Shown: one piece after another, positions 16,890 to 26,472 of the stretch
Layout: every line of letters starts with the position of its first letter
Numbering within the stretch: the stretch's first letter is position 1
From: Myxococcota bacterium
Lineage (GTDB): Bacteria; Myxococcota_A; UBA9160; PR03
DNA: 55,515 nt
Assembly (NCBI GenBank): GCA_028284525.1
Contig: JANQRO010000445.1
Span: forward strand, 1 to 55,515
Reading direction: 5' to 3'
The notes under the pieces: model-generated
Seen by the model: only the letters and a program-made list of their open reading frames with translations
What the model was told of the DNA's origin: nothing
The model's database searches: none
Translations under genes and position numbers: made by a program

Positions 16890-17411
16890 ATGGCCCTCGA
16901 CGGCGAATACCTCGACATGCCGGTGCGGATCGACGACCTCGATCAGGAGCACCAGGCCTTCTACCGCTACTGCGGGGACCACGAGCTACGGCTCCAGCGC
17001 TGCAGCGAGTGCGGCATGCTCCGCACGCCCCCGACGACCGCGTGCCCGTTCTGCTCGGCGGGAGACGCCACCTGGGAGCGGGTCTCGGGCCTCGGTACGG
17101 TCTATTCCTACGGCGAGGTGCACCACGCCATCCAACCCGCCTTCCGCGCGTTTACACCCTATCTGTTGTTACTGGTCGAACTCGACGAGCAGCGCGGGGA
17201 GCCCGGGGAGTACGACGGGCTGCGGATGATCGGGAATCTCGCAGACGCCACCGGCGTCCTGGCGTCGCCCGAGCAGGTCAGCCAGGTCGGCATCGGCACC
17301 CGACTCAAGGTCGTGTTCCGCGACATCGGCGAGGGCATCGCGCAGCCGCTCTGGACCCCCGACCCCGACGCCGAGCAACCCGCGACGCCCTGGCGCTACC
17401 CCCTCGAGTAG
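16890..17411 (+). CDS. Zn-ribbon / OB-fold DUF35 family protein (thiolase partner)
   Basis: Start at ATG 16890, after GGAGA. Rubredoxin-like CSEC-x11-CPFC followed by the OB-fold ..GTVYSYGEV... Confidence 0.85.
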   Translation: MALDGEYLDMPVRIDDLDQEHQAFYRYCGDHELRLQRCSECGMLRTPPTTACPFCSAGDATWERVSGLGTVYSYGEVHHAIQPAFRAFTPYLLLLVELDEQRGEPGEYDGLRMIGNLADATGVLASPEQVSQVGIGTRLKVVFRDIGEGIAQPLWTPDPDAEQPATPWRYPLE

Positions 17412-17417
17412 CGGTGG

Positions 17418-18401
17418 CTATGCCATCGCGGCGCGGAGCTCGGCCGCGAGTCGATCGAGTACCGCTCGGGCCGGCTCGACGCGGTGGATGCGGTCGCAGG
17501 ATTCGCCCGCGTAGAGCGCGGCCTCCTCGAGGTCGCCGCGGTATCCCCGCACCGGGGGAACCACGCTGTAGCGGGGCAGCGGCGGCGAGTCCTCGTCTCC
17601 GTCGACCGAGCCGATGGTGCGCCCTTCGCCAGGACGTCCGCCCGGCGCCGGCCGGCCGGCCGCTTCCCATTCGGTGAACGCGCGATTGCGCAGCACCCGA
17701 TGCGCCGCGTCCGGCCACCCCTGGTCGAAGAGCGTGGTCATCACGGTGTCCGATGCTTTGGACTCGACGATCCGATCGCGGTAGCTGGAGAGCACGCACG
17801 CTTCGGGAGTCGCGACGAATCGGGTCCCGATCGAGACGGCATCGGCGCCCGCGGCGAGCGCCTCGGCCACCCCGGCGCCGTCCGCGATCCCGCCGGCGGC
17901 GAGCACGGGAATCGCCGGGAGCTCGGCGCGCGTCGCGCGCAGCGTCTCCGCAAGCGGCTCCGTGGCCCGGACGTGGCCACCCGCCTCGCGGCCCTGGACG
18001 ATCACGCCGACGGCGCCGGCTTCCACGGCCTCCACGGCCTGCTCGGCGTTGCCGACCTGGGCGACGAGACGCACCCCCCGAGCGGCCGCGTCCCGGGTGT
18101 AGGGCGCGACGTCCCCCCAGAAGAGCACGAGGAGCGGAACGCGCTCGTCGAGACAGACCTCGACCTCGCCGCCGCGGGTCATCGGGAGGATGAGGTTCAC
18201 GCCGAAGGGGTGTCGGGACATCCTGCGGTACGCGTGGATCTGCGCGCGGACCTGTTCCGGTGGGTAGGCACCGAGCCCGAGGACCCCGAGCCCTCCCGCC
18301 TCGGAGACGGCGGCGGCGAGGGCGGGGCCCGCGATCCCGAGGCCCATTCCGGCGTTCAGGATCGGCACGCGGACGCCAAGCGGGTCGAGCCAGGTGCTCA
18401 T
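17418..18401 (-). CDS. Nitronate monooxygenase (NMO / 2-nitropropane dioxygenase-like) FMN enzyme
   Basis: 327 aa. ..VPILNAGMG.., ..PFGVNLIL.., ..VIVQGREAGGH.. and ..AAGGIADG... Confidence 0.85.
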   Translation of the reverse strand: MSTWLDPLGVRVPILNAGMGLGIAGPALAAAVSEAGGLGVLGLGAYPPEQVRAQIHAYRRMSRHPFGVNLILPMTRGGEVEVCLDERVPLLVLFWGDVAPYTRDAAARGVRLVAQVGNAEQAVEAVEAGAVGVIVQGREAGGHVRATEPLAETLRATRAELPAIPVLAAGGIADGAGVAEALAAGADAVSIGTRFVATPEACVLSSYRDRIVESKASDTVMTTLFDQGWPDAAHRVLRNRAFTEWEAAGRPAPGGRPGEGRTIGSVDGDEDSPPLPRYSVVPPVRGYRGDLEEAALYAGESCDRIHRVEPARAVLDRLAAELRAAMA

Positions 18402-18441
18402 TCCGCCAGGGTAGCTCGCCGCGGCGGAGGCGGTCGCGGGC

Positions 18442-19410
18442 TCAGCCGAGGGCGCCCTTGAAATAGTCGGCGGTGCGCCGCAGTCCGTCTTCGACGGACA
18501 CCGTCGGCGCCCAAGCGTCGAGGACCCGCTGGGCGAGGGAGATGTCCGGACGCCGCACCTTGGGGTCGTCCGGGGGCAGCTCGCGGTACTCGATCCCGCT
18601 CGCGCTCCCGGTGACCGAGAGGATGGTCTGCGCCATCTCGAGCAGGGTCATCTCGTTGGGGTTGCCGATGTTCACGGGGCCCACGTGGTCACAGCGCAGC
18701 AACCGGAGGATGCCCTCGACGAGATCGTCGACGTAGCAGAAGGAGCGGGTCTGGGCCCCGTCGCCGAAGACCGTGAGCGGCTCTCCCCGGATCGCTTGGC
18801 GCATGAAGTTCGGGATGGCGCGGCCGTCGTTCAGCTGCATGCGCGGCCCGAAGGTGTTGAAGATCCGCACGATGCGGACGTCGACCTGGTGGTGCCGGTG
18901 GTAGGCCATCGTCATCGCTTCCGCGAAGCGCTTGGCCTCGTCGTAGACCCCCCGGATTCCGATCGGGTTGACGTTGCCCCAATAGCCCTCGTGCTGGGGG
19001 TTCACCTCGGGATCGCCGTAGCACTCCGAGGTGCTCGCGAGCAGGAATCGAGCTCCCTTCGCCTTGGCCAGACCGAGCGCCTTGTGGGTGCCGAGGGAGC
19101 CCACCTTGAGGATCTGGATCGGCAGCCGTTCGAAGTCGGCCGGGCTCGCGGGGGAGGCAAAGTGTAGGACGGCGTCCAGGTCGCCGGGCACGTAGAGGTA
19201 CTGGGTGACGTCGTAGTGTTCGAAGTCGAAGGCGGGGTGCCCCAGCAGGTGCTGGATGTTGTCCATGCTGCCGGTCAGCAGATTGTCGTAACAGAGCACC
19301 GAGCAGCCGTCGTCGAGCAGGCGCTCGCAGAGGTGGGACCCGATGAATCCCGCACCGCCCGTGACCAGGACCCGTCGGATCGCCACATCACCCATTGCCG
19401 ATGCCCCCAT
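18442..19410 (-). CDS. UDP-glucuronate decarboxylase-like short-chain dehydrogenase/reductase (SDR) (UDP-xylose synthase family)
   Basis: ..[14 protein letters not shown].., ..STSECYGDP.., YDEAKR (YxxxK) and ..[10 protein letters not shown]... The start could be the second ATG at 19395. Confidence 0.85.
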   Translation of the reverse strand: MGASAMGDVAIRRVLVTGGAGFIGSHLCERLLDDGCSVLCYDNLLTGSMDNIQHLLGHPAFDFEHYDVTQYLYVPGDLDAVLHFASPASPADFERLPIQILKVGSLGTHKALGLAKAKGARFLLASTSECYGDPEVNPQHEGYWGNVNPIGIRGVYDEAKRFAEAMTMAYHRHHQVDVRIVRIFNTFGPRMQLNDGRAIPNFMRQAIRGEPLTVFGDGAQTRSFCYVDDLVEGILRLLRCDHVGPVNIGNPNEMTLLEMAQTILSVTGSASGIEYRELPPDDPKVRRPDISLAQRVLDAWAPTVSVEDGLRRTADYFKGALG

Positions 19411-19496
19411 CTCGATTGCAAAGGTCTGCGACGGAAGACCCTAGCGTCTCCCCTCCCCGTGTCCTGTCCGCGATATCCTGCCGCCGGGAGGACACC

Positions 19497-19892
19497 ATGA
19501 CGACCCGATCGGACATCATTCCCGCCTCGATGCGTGTGATCAACGAACGCTTCCACTACTCGCCCGGGGTGCGGGTGGGGGACTTCCTCTTCATCGCTGG
19601 GCAGGTGGGTCGCAGCGAGGACCTGACCCCCGTCCTCGGCAAGGAGGCCCAGTTCACCCAGGCCTTCGAGAACGTGAAGACGGTGCTCGAAGAGGCCGGC
19701 GCGAGCTTCGATGACGTGGTGGAGATGGTGACCTACCACACGGACATGCGGGACCTGCAGCTCTTCATCGAGGTGAAGAACCGCTACTTCACGGGCCGCT
19801 ACCCCGCCTGGACGGGGGTCGGAGTGACCTCGCTGGCGATGCCGGGGCTCGAGGTCGAGATCAAGTGCACCGCGTGGCTGGGTGACCGGTAG
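19497..19892 (+). CDS. RidA/YjgF family reactive-intermediate deaminase
   Basis: Start at ATG 19497, after GGGAGGA. ..GDFLFIAGQVG.. and ..PAWTGVGVTSLAMPGLEVEIKC.. are typical of RidA. Confidence 0.85.
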   Translation: MTTRSDIIPASMRVINERFHYSPGVRVGDFLFIAGQVGRSEDLTPVLGKEAQFTQAFENVKTVLEEAGASFDDVVEMVTYHTDMRDLQLFIEVKNRYFTGRYPAWTGVGVTSLAMPGLEVEIKCTAWLGDR

Positions 19893-21435
19893 CGCGACCC
19901 CGGTGCGTGTCGCGGTCATCGGCGGGGGCGTCTCGGGGATCGCCAGCGCCGGGGTGCTCACGCGCACCGGGTTCGATCCGGTGATCTACGAGCGCGCCGA
20001 CACCCTGGGTGGAATCTGGGCCCGCAGCTACCCCGCCGTGCGGCTCCAGAACAGCGCCCACCAGTACCACCTCGCCGACCTCCCCTGGCCGGTCCCCCCC
20101 GACGAGCACCCCACCGCGCTCCAGATCCGCCGCTACTTCGAGACCGCCGTGGAGCACTTCGGCCTCGATCTGCGTTGCGGCCACCGGGTGGAGGAGGTCG
20201 CCCGCGAGGCCGATGGGTCGGGTTGGCGTCTGCGCGTCGAGGCGGCCGGCGAGACGCGCTGGGAGCGTGCCGATCGCCTGATGGTGGCCGCCGGCCAGTA
20301 CAGCGGCGCCCAGACGACCGGGGGATTCGAGGGCGCGGAGCGCTTTGGAGGCGAGATCCTCACCGAGCGCGAGATCGACGACCTCGCCGTCTTCGAGGGC
20401 CGGCGCGTCGCGGTGGTGGGCTTCGGAAAGACGGCCGTCGACTTCGCGAGCTTCGCCGCGTCTCGGGCGGACCGGGTCGTCCACGTCTTCCGCACCCCCC
20501 GCTGGCTGATCCCCAAACACGTGCTCGGCCTCCACTTCTCGCGCCCGTTCTTCGCGCGCGCCAGCACCGCGATGATGCCCTGCTGGTCCCACGCCCTCGA
20601 CTGGGAGCGGCGACTCCACGCGGCCGGCGGCGCCGTGGTGGCGGGCTACTGGCGTCTCGTCGAGACGCTCTTCTCCCTCTCCCGGCACCGGGCCGCCTGG
20701 GGTGCGCCCGCGGGTGCCCGCGAGCGTCTCGCGGCCGTCGCGCCCGCCCACTCGCTGGTGGGCGACCTGCGCTCGGCCCTCGCCCTCGCCCCGGACGGAT
20801 ACTTCGACCACGTCGCCGAGGGGGCCATCGAGCCCCGTTGTGCGGCGGTGGAGCGCTTCGTCCCCGACGGCCTCGCGCTCGCCACCGGCGAGCGCGTCGA
20901 GTGCGACCTCGCGGTCCTGGCCCTCGGCACCCGCCCGCCGACCTTTCCCTTCTTCGCCCCCGAGCTCCGCGCGGCGCTCGAACGCCACGAAGATGGGCTC
21001 CAGCTCTACCGCCACCTCGTCCACCCGGCGCTCCCGGATGTGGGATTCGCGGGATTCAACCACGGCTTTCTCCACCTGCCGGCGGTGGAGATGGGCACGC
21101 TCTGGACGTCGGCGTTGTGGCGGGGTGACCTGACGCTTCCCGCGCCCGAGGTGATGGAGCGCGAGATCGAGACCGTGCGCAGCTGGAAGCGCGCCCACGT
21201 CCACTTCGAACCGTCGCGCTCCTGCGCGGTGAGTACGCGGTTCCAGCAACACCTCGATCTGCTGCTCCGCGACCTGGGGCTGCGCCCCTATCGCAAGCTC
21301 CCCAATCTCCCCGCGGAGCTCCTCATGCGCTACGGACCCCTCGACTACGCCGGTCTGGTGGAGGAGTACGAAGCGCGACGCGAGCGTGTCGGTCGCGCGG
21401 CGGCGCCCCTCCAACCCTTGGCGCTGGCTGGCTGA
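19882..21435 (+). CDS. Flavin-containing monooxygenase (FAD/NADPH, class B)
   Basis: 517 aa. FAD motif VAVIGGGVSGIASA, ..ADTLGGIW.. and a second dinucleotide motif VAVVGFGKTAVDFA. GTG start overlaps the ridA end by 11 nt; an alternative GTG is at 19903. Confidence 0.8.
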   Translation: MTGSATPVRVAVIGGGVSGIASAGVLTRTGFDPVIYERADTLGGIWARSYPAVRLQNSAHQYHLADLPWPVPPDEHPTALQIRRYFETAVEHFGLDLRCGHRVEEVAREADGSGWRLRVEAAGETRWERADRLMVAAGQYSGAQTTGGFEGAERFGGEILTEREIDDLAVFEGRRVAVVGFGKTAVDFASFAASRADRVVHVFRTPRWLIPKHVLGLHFSRPFFARASTAMMPCWSHALDWERRLHAAGGAVVAGYWRLVETLFSLSRHRAAWGAPAGARERLAAVAPAHSLVGDLRSALALAPDGYFDHVAEGAIEPRCAAVERFVPDGLALATGERVECDLAVLALGTRPPTFPFFAPELRAALERHEDGLQLYRHLVHPALPDVGFAGFNHGFLHLPAVEMGTLWTSALWRGDLTLPAPEVMEREIETVRSWKRAHVHFEPSRSCAVSTRFQQHLDLLLRDLGLRPYRKLPNLPAELLMRYGPLDYAGLVEEYEARRERVGRAAAPLQPLALAG

Positions 21436-21629
21436 GGAGACGCCCCGCGCCCCACCGCGCGGTCGACGTGGCGCAGTCGGTGGCGAACCCGTCCGTGTCG
21501 TCGGCGATGCGTTCTTGCCGCCGCGCGCGCACTCCGCCCCGATCGCGATGCCCTAGACTGCCGCGGGCGCACCCACGGCGCCGAGACCCGGGAGCGGCAC
21601 ACGGGCCCTCCCCACCAGGGAGACGCCCC

Positions 21630-21890
21630 ATGCCGCCGTTCCGGATGCTCCTCGTCGTCGCTGTGCTCGGGGCCGGGGGCTGCCTCGGACACCACCACTG
21701 GGAAAAGGAGGGGGCGAGCCACGAGGACTCGCACCGCGAGCTCGAACGCTGTCAGGCGAGCAGCGCCGGCTCTTCGGTGAAGGTCGAGGAGTGCATGGAG
21801 GAGAAAGGCTTCCGGGTGGACCACCATCACTTCGGCCCGCCCGCCCAGCGTCCGGCGCTCGAGGCCCTGCCCCGCCTCCCCACCTACTGA
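21630..21890 (+). CDS. Small His-rich putative lipoprotein
   Basis: 86 aa. MPPFRMLLVVAVLGAGGC lipobox-like signal, then GHHHW and DHHHF clusters. Good G/C third-position bias. No family recognised. Confidence 0.45.
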   Translation: MPPFRMLLVVAVLGAGGCLGHHHWEKEGASHEDSHRELERCQASSAGSSVKVEECMEEKGFRVDHHHFGPPAQRPALEALPRLPTY

Positions 21891-21912
21891 CCACAGACCC
21901 GAGCCGGGTCCG

Positions 21913-22830
21913 TCAGGCGCCGCCGTCGTCGCGCAAGCGGCCCGCCGCATCCCGGCGCTCGGGCCCCCGCACCCGCGCGCGCCCGTCTCCGAACTTCGCA
22001 TCGCGGGCTCGCAGGGTCTCTCGCAGCCCCTTCTCCTTCACCGAGGCGACGTAGTCCCGCGCGGCCCGGGTGTTGTGGCCGCGCACGTCGTTCTCGGCGG
22101 CCATCCGTTGGAGTGTGCGCGCCCCCTGGAGCTCGAGAGCGACGTTGATGATCCGCTTGTTGGCGCTCAGGAGATCCGGGTCGATCAGCGCGAGACGGTC
22201 GGCGAGCTGCTCGACCTCGGCCTCCAGCGCGTCGGCGGGCACCGCCTTGAGGACCAGACCGATCTCCTGGGCCTCCGCTCCGGTGATCGTGTCGCCGGTC
22301 AACATCAGACGCTTCGCCCACTGGGGACCGACGTGGTAGATCCACATGTTGGTCGGGAGGGCACCCAGATCGCGCGCCGGCGGGAACCCGAAGACCGCGT
22401 CGTCGGCGGCGACCACGAGGTCGCAGAGCAGCGCGATGTCCGTCCCGCCGGCCAGACAGTAGCCGTGGACCTGGGCGATGCTCGGCTTGTGCATGTCGAA
22501 GAGGGCCATGCGGTAGCGCTGGGCCCGTTCGAGTTGCCAGGCGTCGTCGTCGATACTCCGCGCGCCTCGGTAGCGCCGCTCGGGGGACTCCACCCGCGAC
22601 ACGGGCACGTCGGCGTCGGCCCCCGAGAGGTCGTACCCGGCCGAGAAGGCGCGCCCCGCCCCCCGCAGGATCACACAGTGCACCGCGCGGTCGTTGTCCG
22701 CCTCCCAGAGTGCCTCGGAGAGCTCCGCCTGGAGCCGCAGCGAGAGCGCGTTCAGCTTGTCCGGTCGGTTGAGCGTGATCCGCGCGCGTCCGTCTTCCAC
22801 CTCGTACCCGATGCTCTCGAATCCCGTCAT
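21913..22830 (-). CDS. Enoyl-CoA hydratase/isomerase (crotonase) family protein
   Basis: Start at ATG 22830, with GGAGG upstream. ..ITLNRPDKLNAL.., ..VILRGAGRAFSAGYDL.. and ..VHGYCLAGG... Confidence 0.85.
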   Translation of the reverse strand: MTGFESIGYEVEDGRARITLNRPDKLNALSLRLQAELSEALWEADNDRAVHCVILRGAGRAFSAGYDLSGADADVPVSRVESPERRYRGARSIDDDAWQLERAQRYRMALFDMHKPSIAQVHGYCLAGGTDIALLCDLVVAADDAVFGFPPARDLGALPTNMWIYHVGPQWAKRLMLTGDTITGAEAQEIGLVLKAVPADALEAEVEQLADRLALIDPDLLSANKRIINVALELQGARTLQRMAAENDVRGHNTRAARDYVASVKEKGLRETLRARDAKFGDGRARVRGPERRDAAGRLRDDGGA

Positions 22831-22958
22831 TGCGGCCTCCTGGAGTGATCCGATCGCCAGGGTACCGCGGGCTCGGGCGAGTTTGCGCTGGCGGGTCGTC
22901 ACCGCGAGCGGCACCTTGTCACGAGCCACGGCTTCGACGACGACGGGGAGGAAGTCCC

Positions 22959-24224
22959 ATGGATGCGCAGGCCGAGCCCACCCGCTCCGCGAGCGACGGC
23001 CCCGTACTCGCCTGGGAGGATCCCTCCCGGATCCCCTACCGCCTGTTCACCGACCCGGCGATCTACCAGCGCGAGCAGGAGCGGATCTACCGCGGGCCGG
23101 TCTGGAACTTCGTCGCGCTTCGCTCCGAGCTCCCGGAGCCGGGGGACTTCAAGTCGACCTACGTCGGAGCGACCCCCGTCGTCGTGACCCGCGACGTCGA
23201 GGGCGAGCTCCACGCCTGGGTGAACCGCTGTGCCCACCGCGGCGCCCTCGTCTGTCGCCAGCCCCGGGGCAACGCCAGCGACTTCACCTGTGTCTACCAC
23301 CAGTGGTGCTACGACGCGTCGGGGAAGCTTCTGGGTCTCCCGTTCCGGAAGGGCGTGGGGGGCAAGGGCGGCTATCCGAAGGATTTCGACCGCGCCGCCC
23401 ACGGTCTCCAGCGTCTCCAGGTCGCGACCCACGCCGACTTGATCTTCGTGAGCTTCGACCCGACGGTGAAACCCCTCGCCGAGTATCTGGGCACCGAGAT
23501 GCGCCGCTGGATCGACCGGGTCTTCCACCGGCCCACCCGAGTGCTCGGCTACGCGCGGCAGTACATCCACGCCAACTGGAAGCTCTATCTCGAGAACGTG
23601 AAGGATCCGTACCACGCGAGCCTGCTGCACCTCTTCCACGCCACCTTCGGGATCTATCGCTCGTCGATGGGGGGCGGCGTGACCCACGACGACGACACCG
23701 GGATGCACTCGATGATCCGCGCGTTTCGCATCGAAGAGGAGGACGTCGGCGAGTACCGCAAAGGCGACATGCGGAGCTACGAGGAGGGCACCCAGCTCCA
23801 CGACCCCTCGCTGCTCGCGGGGCGCGAGGAGCTCGACCCCGTCCTCACCAACCACATCCAACTGCTCTTCCCCTCGGCCGTCGTGCAGCAGATCGAGAAT
23901 ACGCTCGCGGTGCGCCAGGTCCTCCCCAAGGGCGTCGACGAGATGGAGCTCACCTTCATCTTCTTTGGCTACGAGGACGACGACGACGAGATGACTGCGT
24001 TGCGGCTCAAGCAGGCCAACTTCGTCGGGCCCGCAGGCTATATCTCGATGGAGGACGGCGAGGCCATCGAGCTCGTGCAGCGCGCCGTCGGCCAGGCCCC
24101 CGACAGCCGCTCGGTGATCGACCTGGGCGGCAAGGGGACCGCCAACGAGGAGAACCTCCTCACCGAGTCGCTGCTCCGGAGCTTCTGGGGCGGCTACCGC
24201 GACCTCATGGGGCTCGGGGCGTGA
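22959..24224 (+). CDS. Rieske non-heme iron ring-hydroxylating oxygenase, alpha subunit
   Basis: Rieske motif CAH-x17-CVYH. Mononuclear iron motif ..NVKDPYHASLLHLFH... Start at ATG 22959, after GGGGAGGAAG. Confidence 0.9.
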   Translation: MDAQAEPTRSASDGPVLAWEDPSRIPYRLFTDPAIYQREQERIYRGPVWNFVALRSELPEPGDFKSTYVGATPVVVTRDVEGELHAWVNRCAHRGALVCRQPRGNASDFTCVYHQWCYDASGKLLGLPFRKGVGGKGGYPKDFDRAAHGLQRLQVATHADLIFVSFDPTVKPLAEYLGTEMRRWIDRVFHRPTRVLGYARQYIHANWKLYLENVKDPYHASLLHLFHATFGIYRSSMGGGVTHDDDTGMHSMIRAFRIEEEDVGEYRKGDMRSYEEGTQLHDPSLLAGREELDPVLTNHIQLLFPSAVVQQIENTLAVRQVLPKGVDEMELTFIFFGYEDDDDEMTALRLKQANFVGPAGYISMEDGEAIELVQRAVGQAPDSRSVIDLGGKGTANEENLLTESLLRSFWGGYRDLMGLGA

Positions 24225-24703
24225 GCGAGGATCGCCAAGCGCTGCGCTCCCGCGTCGAAGCGCTCCAGGAGGACTACGCCCAGTGTCTCGACGGCGACGA
24301 GATGGAGCGCTGGCCCGACTTCTTCGTCGAGAAGGGCGTCTACCGGATCGTTCCCCGCGAGAACGACGACCTCGGCCTCCCGATCGCGATCATGGCCTGC
24401 GACGGGCGGGGCATGCTCCAGGACCGGGTCTTCTCGATGCGCCACGCCAACATCTACGCCCGCCATTTCTATCGGCATCTGCTCGGGCGCCCGCGCTGGC
24501 TCGATGACGCCGCCGACGGGAGCGTTCGCTTCCAGACGAACTACGCGGTCTTCCGCACCGTCGAGCACGGCGACACCACGGTCTACAGCACCGGGCGCTA
24601 CGTCGATCGGGTGGTGGAGGAGGACGGCGCGCTGCGCTTCGCCGAGAAGCTCGCGATCTACGACAACACGTGGGTCGACACCCTGTTGGTCACCCCGATC
24701 TAG
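24221..24703 (+). CDS. Ring-hydroxylating dioxygenase beta subunit (NTF2-like fold)
   Basis: 160 aa. GTG start in a GTGA overlap with the alpha-subunit stop. ..YAQCLDGDEMERWPDFF.. and ..YSTGRYVDRVV.. are typical of beta subunits. Confidence 0.85.
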   Translation: MSEDRQALRSRVEALQEDYAQCLDGDEMERWPDFFVEKGVYRIVPRENDDLGLPIAIMACDGRGMLQDRVFSMRHANIYARHFYRHLLGRPRWLDDAADGSVRFQTNYAVFRTVEHGDTTVYSTGRYVDRVVEEDGALRFAEKLAIYDNTWVDTLLVTPI

Positions 24704-24753
24704 GGACCCGCGAGCCGCTACACTTCGAGGGCGACTCCCGGAGGATCCGCGAC

Positions 24754-25332
24754 ATGAGCATGGAAGCCGCCGCCCCCTCGACCGCCGATCGAGCGCTTCG
24801 CGTCCGCCCCGCGACGGCCGAGGCGCTACGTCCCTACGGCGAGCTCCTCGGCCCCGACTGGCCGCGCTCCTCCCACATCGCCGACTTCTACGAGGGTGCC
24901 GTCTCGGTGCACCAGCCGCCGTCCTTCGTCTCCGACGACGACACCTGTCTCTCCCTCGCGACGGTGCAGCCGCGGCCCCTCGAGATCGACTACATCGAGC
25001 GCCACTTCAAGCACACCCAGACCTTCATCCCGCTGGGCGGCAAGCCCTTCGTCGCGGTCCTGGGTGCGCCCACCGAGGGCGAGATGCCCGACCTCGACCG
25101 CCTCGAGGCGTTTCGCTTCGACGGCGGTGCGGCCCTCTGTCTCCACCTGGGCACCTGGCACGAGTTCCCGTTCGCCCTCGAGGCCGACACCCAACTCCTC
25201 GTCATCCTGCGCAACGAGACGACGCGAAACCTCGCCTCCGACAACGTGGTGGACGGCGAGGCACACGGCGGCGATCTCGACAAGAAGAACCTGATCAAGC
25301 GGACCGGCGGACGGATCCGCGTGGAGCTCTAG
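24754..25332 (+). CDS. Ureidoglycolate lyase/hydrolase-family cupin protein
   Basis: Start at ATG 24754, after GGAGGA. ..ERHFKHTQTFIPLGGKPFV.. and ..LHLGTWHEFPF.. resemble the ureidoglycolate lyase fold family as I recall it. Confidence 0.7.
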   Translation: MSMEAAAPSTADRALRVRPATAEALRPYGELLGPDWPRSSHIADFYEGAVSVHQPPSFVSDDDTCLSLATVQPRPLEIDYIERHFKHTQTFIPLGGKPFVAVLGAPTEGEMPDLDRLEAFRFDGGAALCLHLGTWHEFPFALEADTQLLVILRNETTRNLASDNVVDGEAHGGDLDKKNLIKRTGGRIRVEL

Positions 25333-25338
25333 CCGGTC

Positions 25339-26454
25339 TCAGACGCGCCGCACCCCGGCTTCGACGAGGAGCGGCATCACCTGGTCGCGCAGCCGGGCGA
25401 TCCCGTCGCGGTAATCGACCCAGCTGAGCGTCACGCCGTCGAGGCCGACCTGGGTGTGGCAAGCGGCGATCTGCTCGGCGACCTGTTCGGGCGTGCCGAC
25501 GATCGGGAACCCGGCGTAGCCCGCCACCAGGTTGCGGAGGATGATCTCCTTGTCCTCGGGAGAGGCGCTCTCGGACTCCACCGCGAGGGTGCGGTAGAGG
25601 TTGCCCGCCGCCTCCCAGTCGCCCTTCTCGTCGACGTAGTAGTCGTAGTAGCGCCGCGCGTCGGCCTCGGTGTCGCGCACGGTGAGTGCGAGCATCGCCC
25701 ACACCATCACGGTGCGGCCGTAGCCCCGCGCCTGCTCTCGCACGTCCTTCACGATCTGGGCTGCCGCGTCGAAGTCCGGAGCGAGCAGGAAGAGGATGTC
25801 CGCGTGGCGCGCGGCGAAGTCGCGACCGGCTGGACTCACCCCCGCGCTCATGATGAGCGGGTGGGGGTGCTGGACCGGCTTGGGCGAGGCGTAGGCGCCG
25901 GGGCACTGGAAGTGCTCGCCCTGGTAGTCGAAGGTCTCCTCCTCGGTCCAGAGCCGCTTCATCAGCTCGATCCACTCCCCGGCGATCGCGTAGCGCTCGT
26001 CGTGCTCGCGCTGGGGCCGCCCGAACATCGCGATCTCACCGGCATTCCACCCCGCGACGATGTTCAGGACGAAGCGGCCCCCGGAGATGTGGTCGATGGT
26101 GACCGCCTGCTTCGCCGCCAGCACCGGGTGGATCGTCGGCACGTGGGAGGTGGAGAAGACCACGATCTTCTCGGTGGCGGCGGCGAGCCCGGCGGCCCAG
26201 GTATAGGTCTCGAAGCAGCGGTGGTTGAAGTTGGTCTCGCCCCCGAACCCCCGCCAGCGCGCCACGGGCACCAGCCCCTCGATACCGGCCTCCTCGGCCA
26301 TCTTCGCCAGCTCGATCGTCTCGGGCCAGGTGACCTCGAGGTGCCCCTCGGCGCTCGAGATGGCGCAGCCGTGGCTCACGTTGGCGCCGAACACGGCGAA
26401 CTTGAGCGGGTTGTCGCCCAGAATCGAGAGGCGATCCACACGGGTCTCGGTCAT
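25339..26454 (-). CDS. LLM-class flavin-dependent monooxygenase (SfnG/RutA-like group)
   Basis: 371 aa. ..KFAVFGANVSHG.., ..VPVARWRGFGG.. and ..ISGGRFVLNIVAGWN... Confidence 0.85.
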   Translation of the reverse strand: MTETRVDRLSILGDNPLKFAVFGANVSHGCAISSAEGHLEVTWPETIELAKMAEEAGIEGLVPVARWRGFGGETNFNHRCFETYTWAAGLAAATEKIVVFSTSHVPTIHPVLAAKQAVTIDHISGGRFVLNIVAGWNAGEIAMFGRPQREHDERYAIAGEWIELMKRLWTEEETFDYQGEHFQCPGAYASPKPVQHPHPLIMSAGVSPAGRDFAARHADILFLLAPDFDAAAQIVKDVREQARGYGRTVMVWAMLALTVRDTEADARRYYDYYVDEKGDWEAAGNLYRTLAVESESASPEDKEIILRNLVAGYAGFPIVGTPEQVAEQIAACHTQVGLDGVTLSWVDYRDGIARLRDQVMPLLVEAGVRRV

Positions 26455-26472
26455 CGGCGGGGTCGGCGCGGG

